From positions 1 through 48,258 of the forward strand of contig JANNVX010000046.1 in NCBI GenBank assembly GCA_031414595.1: a DNA stretch of 48,258 nucleotides, given 5' to 3'. Position numbers and translations under genes: made by a program. Below, piece after piece: positions 40,664 through 48,258 of this stretch (position 1 is the stretch's first letter; the number at the start of each line of letters is the position of its first letter). The notes beneath the pieces are model-generated. The model saw nothing but the letters and a program-made list of their open reading frames with translations. It did no database searches and was not told where the DNA came from. This stretch comes from Deinococcales bacterium (GTDB taxonomy: Bacteria > Deinococcota > Deinococci > Deinococcales > JAAFIG01).

Positions 40664-41294
40664 ATACAGTGCCTAGTATCTTTGCAGGATTTCCACCAAC
40701 TATTGCACCACTAGGAACACTTTTAGTAACAACTGCTCCAGCACCGACTACTGCATCTGTTCCTATCTCGACACCTTTAAGAATGATTACATTACTGCCC
40801 AACCAAACATTATCTCCCAACCTGACTGATTTAGGAATACTTGCTTTATCGCGTTCCGTAGGTGCTTTTTCATGAAAATCAGTATCATAAATAACACAAT
40901 TTGAACCAATTCGACAATTTTTACCAATAGAAATCAGTATGCAGGCAATGAATTGACAACCATTCATAATCGTCGTACCCTTAGCTATCAAGATTTGCGA
41001 GTTGGTATTTCTTGGCTGTAGCATAATCGCAGGTGTCACTCCGCCTAGCCAATAACCTAAGCTGACTTGATCTTCTAGGACTAATTTTCCTAAGCCCATA
41101 AAATAGACAGGTTGATTAAGCCTCACATTTTTTCCTAAAACCACTTGTCCACCATGAAAAAAGGCAGATAACAGGAGTTTTAATTTTCTTAAATAATAAA
41201 TAGGATTTAGTTTTACGATCACCAAGATTGGCGAAGCAATAACACTTTTTGTTAAAGTCCTCAGTTTTTTCCAGTTATTTGAACTATCCATCAA
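40656..41294 (-). CDS. Hexapeptide-repeat O-acetyltransferase
   Basis: [35 protein letters not shown]. Confidence 0.88.
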   Translation of the reverse strand: MMDSSNNWKKLRTLTKSVIASPILVIVKLNPIYYLRKLKLLLSAFFHGGQVVLGKNVRLNQPVYFMGLGKLVLEDQVSLGYWLGGVTPAIMLQPRNTNSQILIAKGTTIMNGCQFIACILISIGKNCRIGSNCVIYDTDFHEKAPTERDKASIPKSVRLGDNVWLGSNVIILKGVEIGTDAVVGAGAVVTKSVPSGAIVGGNPAKILGTVYA

Positions 41295-42397
41295 ACTGTT
41301 CCCATTCTATTTAGAAAGCCGACTAATTCTGCTGTGACCTGCTCAGATTGTTGAGGACCAATTGGCAAACTTAAAACTTCAGCATGAATTGACTCGCTGA
41401 TCGGAAATGAACCTTTCCTCATTTTTAAGTCAGAATAAGCTTCTTGAAGATGTGGAGGTATTGGATAATGAATCAAATTCCCAACATTATTATCATCAAG
41501 ATATGTTTGTGTTTTCATACGATCTGTGTAGCGCACAACAAATAAATGCCAAACAGGGTCTGCCCAATCGGGTACAAAGGGTAATATTAAATCCGTACAA
41601 TCCAACTGCTCGAGATAGGTATGAGCAATTACTTTCCTGCGGCTGTTCCATTCATCCAGAACCTTAAGTTTAACCCTTAAAGTAGCCGCTTGAATTGGAT
41701 CAAGGCGACTATTATAACCAATGATTTCATTAACATATTTAACTTTTGACCCATAATTGCGGAGCATTTTAATTTTTTCAGCAATTTCAGGGTCATTTGT
41801 GGTGACTGCACCTGCATCTCCCATTGCTCCTAGGTTTTTGCTAGGGTAGAAACTCCATGCAACAGCATCTCCATGTCCACCAATTCGCTTGCCTTTGTAC
41901 CGTGCACCATGAGCTTGAGCGCCATCCTCGAGAACCCGCAGGTTGTGGCGTTTTGCAATCTCGAGAATTGGGTCTAGGTCTGCTGGTTGACCATAAAGGT
42001 GAACTGGAATAATAGCCTTGGTACGTGGTGTAATTGCAGCTTCGATTAAATCTGGGTTGATGTTATAGGTACGTTCGTCTGGTTCTACAGGAACTATTGT
42101 TGCACTTGTATAAGAAACAGCTAACCAAGTGGCGATATAGGTGTTGCTTGGAACAATCACTTCGTCGCCTTCGCCAATGCCAAATGCCTTTAAGACAAGA
42201 TGCAAAGCATCCAAACCATTACCAACACCAACGCAATACTTAGTATCACAGTAGTCAGCATACTCAGCTTCAAATGCTTCAACTTCTGCTCCACCAATAT
42301 ACCAACCCGAATCTAGTACCCGCAGCACAGCAGCATCTATTTCAGGCTTTAACTCGAGATACGCAGCACGCAAATCCAAAAAAGGTATCTTATTCAC
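41291..42397 (-). CDS. fdtB: DegT-family sugar 3-aminotransferase (FdtB/QdtB-like)
   Basis: [37 protein letters not shown]. Confidence 0.88.
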   Translation of the reverse strand: MNKIPFLDLRAAYLELKPEIDAAVLRVLDSGWYIGGAEVEAFEAEYADYCDTKYCVGVGNGLDALHLVLKAFGIGEGDEVIVPSNTYIATWLAVSYTSATIVPVEPDERTYNINPDLIEAAITPRTKAIIPVHLYGQPADLDPILEIAKRHNLRVLEDGAQAHGARYKGKRIGGHGDAVAWSFYPSKNLGAMGDAGAVTTNDPEIAEKIKMLRNYGSKVKYVNEIIGYNSRLDPIQAATLRVKLKVLDEWNSRRKVIAHTYLEQLDCTDLILPFVPDWADPVWHLFVVRYTDRMKTQTYLDDNNVGNLIHYPIPPHLQEAYSDLKMRKGSFPISESIHAEVLSLPIGPQQSEQVTAELVGFLNRMGTV

Positions 42398-42803
42398 GAT
42401 CTTTCACCGATTCTACAAACGCCCCATAGTCACGAATATAGTCTGCTGCCGCATATACTTCTGAGGTCAACACTAAACAGACAGAACTTGAGGAGAAGTT
42501 ATCTATTTCTCTCCATACATAGGTTGGTAAGTACAATCCAAAATAGGAACGGTTCAAATGAAACCGTTTTTTGTTCTTACCATCATCAACAACAACATCA
42601 AAACTACCCGACACGGCAATAATGACTTGTTCTGAGTGAATATTTGAATGCCCCGCTCGAGTTTCACCGCCAGGAACATCATAGAGATAAAATACCCGTT
42701 TGATGTCAAAAGGTATGTGATTATTCCCTTCAACAAAAGTAAGATTCCCTCGAGGGTCACTGATTTTTGGCAAATCTATTATTCTGACTTTTTCAAGACT
42801 CAT
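42390..42803 (-). CDS. fdtA: dTDP-6-deoxy-hexulose 3,4-ketoisomerase (FdtA/QdtA cupin)
   Basis: [35 protein letters not shown]. Confidence 0.9.
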   Translation of the reverse strand: MSLEKVRIIDLPKISDPRGNLTFVEGNNHIPFDIKRVFYLYDVPGGETRAGHSNIHSEQVIIAVSGSFDVVVDDGKNKKRFHLNRSYFGLYLPTYVWREIDNFSSSSVCLVLTSEVYAAADYIRDYGAFVESVKDRE

Positions 42804-43294
42804 AAGTTATTTCCTTTATCTGAATTTATAAACCTTTTAACTTTGGCGGGATTACCAACCATCACAGCAAAAGGTGCAACGTTTTTCGTAATGACCGCGC
42901 CAGCTCCAATCATAGCCCCCTCTCCGATAATAAGACCAGGTAATATTGTGGCATTAGCTCCAATAGAAGCTTTTTTTCTTATCACAGTTCTCAGAAAATT
43001 ATTCGGATACATCTTACTTCTTGGAAAAATATCATTTGCGAATGTTGCATTAGGACCTATAAACACATCGTCTTCTATGGTGATACCATCCCAGATTTGT
43101 ACTCCACATTTTATTGTGACACGATTACCAATAGAAACATCGTTTTCCACAAAAACATGATCGCAAATGTTGCAATCATCACCAATTTCAGCATTTGGTA
43201 AAATATGTACAAATGCCCAGACCCGTGTGCCACTACCAATTTTCTGACTCTCTACAAGTGCTTGTGGATGCACAAAAAACTTATCCATACTCAA
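42800..43294 (-). CDS. Sugar N-acetyltransferase, hexapeptide family (WxcM/QdtC-like)
   Basis: IG.GTRVWAF, IG.DCNICDH, GPNATF.ND, GNPAK. Confidence 0.88.
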   Translation of the reverse strand: MSMDKFFVHPQALVESQKIGSGTRVWAFVHILPNAEIGDDCNICDHVFVENDVSIGNRVTIKCGVQIWDGITIEDDVFIGPNATFANDIFPRSKMYPNNFLRTVIRKKASIGANATILPGLIIGEGAMIGAGAVITKNVAPFAVMVGNPAKVKRFINSDKGNNL

Positions 43295-44226
43295 TTATTC
43301 CTATAAGTTGGGACAACATACCCGATTCCTTGCTGAAATTCAATTAATGGAACATATCCAAACGATTCTTTAGCAGCTTCGATACTTGCCCTCGAGTGCT
43401 GAACATCACCTGCTCTTGGTGAACCAAATTCTGGCTTTATATCCTTACCTAAAACCAGATTGATTGCTTCCACTAAATCGAGAAGACTATATTGCTGGTT
43501 ACAAGCAATATTAAAAACCTTTCCAGCTACACTTTCAGATGGGGCATTGGCGGCAAGTAAATTGGCAGCAACATTATTCGCAACGTAAGTAAAGTCTCTC
43601 GAGTGCTGACCGTCTCCGTTAATAACGGGTGCTTGACCTGCTAAAATAGCAGTGATAAACTTAGGGATAACCGCCGCATATTGGCTATCTGGACGTTGAC
43701 GTGGACCAAAAACATTAAAGTACCGTAAAGCGACGGTCTCGAGACCATAAACCTGATAAAAAATTCGACAGTATTCTTCAGCAGCCAACTTAGTTAAAGC
43801 ATATGGTGATTGTGGCGTGGCTGGCATGGTTTCGACTTTGGGCAGGGTCGGTGTGTCGCCATAAACACTTGAACTCGAGGCATATAAGAACCGTTTGACG
43901 CTTGCATCTTTGGAAGCCACTAGCATATTCAGTGTTCCCTCGACATTGACTGCATTGCTGGTAATCGGGTCAGCAATACTGCGCGGCACACTGCCAAGCG
44001 CCGCCTGATGAAATACCCAATCTTGTTCAAATACCGCCTCTCGTACCGTCTCGAGATGACGAATATCACCTTCAATAAAGCGAATACGTTCTATGCAGTG
44101 GTCTAGGTTGCTGCGTAAACCAGTGGCTAAGTTATCTAAAACCGTTACTGTATGCCCACCCTCAAGTAAGCCATCTACCAAATGACTACCAATAAAACCC
44201 GCCCCGCCTGTGACCAATGCTCGCAT
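43291..44226 (-). CDS. UDP-GlcNAc(A) 4-epimerase (WbpP/TviC-like)
   Basis: TGGAGFIGS, HQAALGSVPRS, ASSSSVYG, YALTK, YAAVIP. Confidence 0.92.
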   Translation of the reverse strand: MRALVTGGAGFIGSHLVDGLLEGGHTVTVLDNLATGLRSNLDHCIERIRFIEGDIRHLETVREAVFEQDWVFHQAALGSVPRSIADPITSNAVNVEGTLNMLVASKDASVKRFLYASSSSVYGDTPTLPKVETMPATPQSPYALTKLAAEEYCRIFYQVYGLETVALRYFNVFGPRQRPDSQYAAVIPKFITAILAGQAPVINGDGQHSRDFTYVANNVAANLLAANAPSESVAGKVFNIACNQQYSLLDLVEAINLVLGKDIKPEFGSPRAGDVQHSRASIEAAKESFGYVPLIEFQQGIGYVVPTYRNN

Positions 44227-45522
44227 TTACAAACTCCAATAGGTTTGGCTCGAGCTTACAACACTCGGCTTGAATACAGACTTAACATCTATTAGCACTG
44301 CACCATTTTTAAGTTTAGGCATTAATATTTCTGATTGCTGGTATTCTTTGTGTGCTACAGCTAAAATGATAGCATCTAACTCTATAAGTTTTTCAAAATC
44401 TTGTAATTCAACTTGGTATTCGTGCGTAGCTTCAACTGCCGAGGCAATTGGGTCATGCACTAGAACTTCAATTCCAAAATCCTCAAGTTCATGGATAATA
44501 TCTGGTACTCGGCTGTTGCGAAGGTCTGGCACATTTTCCTTGAAAGTAAGCCCCAACACTCCAACTCGAGCGCCTTTAATTGGTAAACCCGCAGCAATCA
44601 TTAATTTGACGGTTTTTTGTGCAATAAATTGCCCCATACCATCGTTTAACCGCCGTCCTGCCAGAATGACTTCGGGGTGATAACCAAGTTGCTGGGCTTT
44701 TTGCGTCAGGTAATATGGATCAACTCCGATGCAATGCCCACCTACTAACCCTGGACTGAATGGCAGAAAATTCCACTTGGTACGGGCAGCCTCGAGTACA
44801 TCTTGGGTTCGTAAGTTCATACGGTCAAAAATCAGGGCGAGTTCATTCATTAAGGCAATGTTGACATCTCGCTGCGTATTTTCAATCACTTTGGCAGCTT
44901 CGGCAACCCTAATACTTGGAGCGCGATGGATTCCAGCAGTGATAGCCGCTTCATAAACAGCAGCAACCCGCTCGAGTGTAGCTGCGTCTTGACCCGCCAC
45001 CACTTTAGTGATTTTCTCAACAGTGTGCAACTTATCGCCTGGGTTAATGCGTTCTGGTGAGTAGCCTAATGTAAAATCCATACCACATTTTAAGCCAGAA
45101 CCCGCCTCGAGAATTGGACCACAAAAGTCCTCAGTAACACCAGGATAAACCGTAGATTCGTAAACTACAATATCACCTTTTTTGAGATATGGCGCAATGG
45201 TTTCTGAGGCTTTACGCATCGGTGTTAAATCTGGGTTTTTATGTTCGTCTATTGGTGTTGGAACAGTCACAATGAAAAAATTCGCATTTGCTAAATCAGG
45301 CTTATGGGTACTGTACGTTAATTGTGAATTCTCGAGGGTAGTTCTATCAATTTCGCCTGTGTGGTCGAAGCCTTGTCGTAAAGCAGCCACTCGAGATTCG
45401 TTAATATCAAAACCAAGAACCCGCCTATGGGCTTTTGCGAGTGCAACTGCGAGTGGCAGCCCAACATAACCGAGACCGAGAACTGCAATATGGAAAGATG
45501 TGGAAGAAGTGAAGTTTGTCAT
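44227..45522 (-). CDS. UDP-HexNAc 6-dehydrogenase (WbpO/TviB-like)
   Basis: GLGYVG, VYESTVYPG, SPERINPGD, AKVIENTQRD, GGHCIGVDP, FKEN. Confidence 0.94.
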   Translation of the reverse strand: MTNFTSSTSFHIAVLGLGYVGLPLAVALAKAHRRVLGFDINESRVAALRQGFDHTGEIDRTTLENSQLTYSTHKPDLANANFFIVTVPTPIDEHKNPDLTPMRKASETIAPYLKKGDIVVYESTVYPGVTEDFCGPILEAGSGLKCGMDFTLGYSPERINPGDKLHTVEKITKVVAGQDAATLERVAAVYEAAITAGIHRAPSIRVAEAAKVIENTQRDVNIALMNELALIFDRMNLRTQDVLEAARTKWNFLPFSPGLVGGHCIGVDPYYLTQKAQQLGYHPEVILAGRRLNDGMGQFIAQKTVKLMIAAGLPIKGARVGVLGLTFKENVPDLRNSRVPDIIHELEDFGIEVLVHDPIASAVEATHEYQVELQDFEKLIELDAIILAVAHKEYQQSEILMPKLKNGAVLIDVKSVFKPSVVSSSQTYWSL

Positions 45523-45644
45523 AATTCTAAGCTCTGTGATATTTTCACAAAAAGCACCGTAACGTACCCCGTGTACCTATGATTTTTGTGAGTCTCTTCA
45601 AAATGCCCTATTGATCTAATACACCAAACCCAATTTTCGACTTC

Positions 45645-47045
45645 TTAATTTACCCCAATATAGCGAAAAATATCCAGTCTGACCTGCCCAACTTCGCCTG
45701 CGGTCTCAAGTCGGATTGACTTTAAGCCATTAGAGCGTTTTAGCTCAAGAAAATACTGACTTAACATTAAATCCGAATTGGCATGAGAATGTTTAAGTGT
45801 CAATACTTCGTTATGGTCAGTATTCTCATAATTAAGTATCACTTTAACTTCTCGAGTCCGAAAAGTATCGAAGTTAAACTTAATAAAATCAGCCCCTATT
45901 AAATTCCTAGGCGACACATTTACTTCCGTAGTTTTTTTAAGAGATGTCGAGTACGAATCTAACAGCTTATTCTGTACTGAAAACACTGGCATCAATTGTC
46001 TGAACATTGTTGAACTCAATGGATTATACGACCACACTGGAATTGTAAAATTAGGGATTTCCCAAATGAGTAACTTGGGCATATCTTGTTTTACATCAGC
46101 ATTAAAAAAATACGCAAGCATCGCCCCCAAAGGACCCCCGCCATTAAGAGAAGTATTCAGAACTTCTGTCCCAAGAGCTTCAGAAAGATATGGGACAAAA
46201 CCAAATTCTGGCGGCTTTGAAGAGTAGCTTGTTCCAACAACAACAACTTTTGGCGAATTATTACCCAATAAATCTTGACTTGCTACTGGGTTTACCTGCT
46301 CAACAGCTAGGATTGGAAAGGGTTCAGGTAATGGCTTGTGATCTGGACATGATTGTAAGATCACACCATCCCAACCACCTAAACTTGTTCGCATTATCAT
46401 TTCTTTTGTAATCACTGAATATTTTTCAGTGTTAATTTCAGAAAAGAGCTTTGGAAAATTATCCAATAAGTAGCTTCTGACACCTAGTGCTGCTGCCTGC
46501 GTTCCATCAGGATGCCAGTGTGCATCGTGTTTAAAGTAAAGTTTAGCATCGGGGGTTTTAGACTGGTGTAGAAGCATTGCGTTCAATATATTTGGAGTCT
46601 CAAAACCAGTTTTTTGAAAGCTCAAAAGCGTTTTTGAGTAGCCGCTTTGAATTTTTGAAAGCATCCTAGGAGAACTAAGGTTTTCAAAAATCGTTCCTTT
46701 GATTGTTTCTGGATCTAGTTTTCCTAAAAAGGCAAACCCTTCAGGTGGCGTAGTAACTATCAAAGGCAAAATCCCCCGCTTTTTCAAGGCTACTGAAATC
46801 CGCCTTAGATAAATCAATGATTCAGTTGGTGGTAAATACGGATCGGTTCTAAACTGAGACTCACCAACAATTTGATTATCTGGTCCGAAATAGGCATTCC
46901 TAGCTGAATCGGTTCGATTGAGGTAATTTTCACAGGGTAATTTTCCGGCAGTTCCAGAAAGACTTTGTTGGACATTTGCTCGACTAGAAAATAATGTGAG
47001 CATAAAAAAAAAAAGAACGCATTGACCAGCGGTTTTAATATTCAT
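45645..47045 (-). CDS. AlgX-like SGNH polysaccharide O-acetyltransferase with C-terminal beta-rich domain, exported
   Basis: Signal peptide; YFKHDAHW (DxH), VGTSYS, LLIWEIP. Confidence 0.8.
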   Translation of the reverse strand: MNIKTAGQCVLFFFMLTLFSSRANVQQSLSGTAGKLPCENYLNRTDSARNAYFGPDNQIVGESQFRTDPYLPPTESLIYLRRISVALKKRGILPLIVTTPPEGFAFLGKLDPETIKGTIFENLSSPRMLSKIQSGYSKTLLSFQKTGFETPNILNAMLLHQSKTPDAKLYFKHDAHWHPDGTQAAALGVRSYLLDNFPKLFSEINTEKYSVITKEMIMRTSLGGWDGVILQSCPDHKPLPEPFPILAVEQVNPVASQDLLGNNSPKVVVVGTSYSSKPPEFGFVPYLSEALGTEVLNTSLNGGGPLGAMLAYFFNADVKQDMPKLLIWEIPNFTIPVWSYNPLSSTMFRQLMPVFSVQNKLLDSYSTSLKKTTEVNVSPRNLIGADFIKFNFDTFRTREVKVILNYENTDHNEVLTLKHSHANSDLMLSQYFLELKRSNGLKSIRLETAGEVGQVRLDIFRYIGVN

Positions 47046-47064
47046 TAGTACACCTTTCCAAATT

Positions 47065-48108
47065 TTATTTCTCTACAATAGCCAATAATCGCTCTGGTAC
47101 TTCCCAAATAGCCAGCTTGGGAGTTGTATCTAAAACTATACTAAGAAAAGATTTCATTGGTGCAACAAAACCCTTGCCTTCAAGTGCTAAATTTAACACA
47201 TCTAAGCCAAGAGCAGATTTTAATTCATCGGCAAAACCAAAATTTGTATTGGCACTGTAGCTTGTTCCAACCAGAGCAACTTCAATCGGGGCATCCCCCA
47301 GTAAGCCACCACTTGAACTCGAGATTTCCACTCGAGGAATTTCTAAAAATTCTGTTTTGATAGCACCATAACGACCTAGCGGAATAAACTTTGCTAAATC
47401 CCCTGAGTATTCTTTTCTGCTACTTTCCAATCGTGTTGTTTGAACTCGAGTCAAGGAAAGTGATTCTGTAACACTCTGAATGCTTTTTGCCACTGCTTGC
47501 GCCCCTAGGGGTGTCCAGTGTGTGTCAGTTTTTACAAAGACAGCACCTTCTTTCTTGGCTTTCTCGAGAGCAGTAAGTGTATCCACTGCCCATACCCCTT
47601 TTTGCTCGAGTGATGCCAAAAACGCAGAATACACTGGCTTCCAGTAATCAGGGACTCGATAACGCCCCAAAAACTCTGGATAGACTCGAGCTTTGGCGGG
47701 TAGGGGAACAACAAGCAACTGAATTCCCTTATTTTCTAGAATTTTCTTAACGTCCACAATGTACTGGATTTTCTTCTGAATCTCGGCTTCAAAATTCGGT
47801 GCTTTAGCGAACTCTTCATCGGAATATAACCAGCCTTCATCACCAACTAAAACACCCATACGACCTGTAGAAAAAATGGCGTATTCAAAAGCACTCCAGA
47901 GATTGATAGCTTCTTGAGTTATTGGTGATGAATCACTGAGTAATTTTTCAAATTGACGATTCCACTCACCAGTCAGCACACTTTGATTTTTTGGCATTAG
48001 TTTGGAATTTAGTGTCAAAAAATTTAATCCAAACCCCAAGGTTAGAATAGTCAGAAAAAAGATTATTATGGTTATTTGATTTCCCTGATTTGTGTTTTCT
48101 CGAGACAT
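47065..48108 (-). CDS. AlgJ-like SGNH O-acetyltransferase, membrane-anchored
   Basis: GVLVG.EGWLY..EE, PAKARVYPE, KTDTHW, LVGTSYS, WEVPER; start ATG 48108 has a GGAG RBS. Confidence 0.85.
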   Translation of the reverse strand: MSRENTNQGNQITIIIFFLTILTLGFGLNFLTLNSKLMPKNQSVLTGEWNRQFEKLLSDSSPITQEAINLWSAFEYAIFSTGRMGVLVGDEGWLYSDEEFAKAPNFEAEIQKKIQYIVDVKKILENKGIQLLVVPLPAKARVYPEFLGRYRVPDYWKPVYSAFLASLEQKGVWAVDTLTALEKAKKEGAVFVKTDTHWTPLGAQAVAKSIQSVTESLSLTRVQTTRLESSRKEYSGDLAKFIPLGRYGAIKTEFLEIPRVEISSSSGGLLGDAPIEVALVGTSYSANTNFGFADELKSALGLDVLNLALEGKGFVAPMKSFLSIVLDTTPKLAIWEVPERLLAIVEK

Positions 48109-48258
48109 GCTTGCTCCGGTCGTCCTATGGAATGATTCCGCATGGGTCAAAAAACTAGGTAGAAACGGCGACAATTCCGTCTGTGAAAACAAAAAAAAGA
48201 TTCACCGTCTCCGTCCGCTAGTTTAGCCTGCCCATTCACGACTTGTAAAGACTACGCA

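Overview
Bacterial chromosomal window, most likely Deinococcota (Deinococcales-like). The evidence is SpoVS, a Thermus/Deinococcus-type GH42, a TpiA with the LALNWK motif, a BTAD-AAA-TPR regulator and pervasive leaderless -10 boxes. The left half (1-22 kb) is mostly housekeeping: pgm, spoVS, split aconitase X, a Fumble-type kinase, tpiA, beta-galactosidase, MalY, a RelE-type toxin-antitoxin pair, a histidine kinase, trmL, a deacetylase, arginase, dxr and an MFS transporter. It also holds a foreign-looking WD40 gene, an unannotated decayed xisH-xisI pair, a nested REP/heptamer element and an isolated DnaA-box cluster. The right half (22-48 kb, minus strand) is a Wzx/Wzy surface-glycan locus preceded by AlgJ/AlgX-like O-acetyltransferases. 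It ends in a nucleotidyltransferase fused to a lasso-peptide B2-type cysteine protease domain, translationally coupled to the CapD-like dehydratase. The strongest DNA-level signal is a large, frame-independent over-representation of the palindrome CTCGAG (HIP-like), which disappears in apparently recently acquired segments. All counts were made by eye and no database searches were run.
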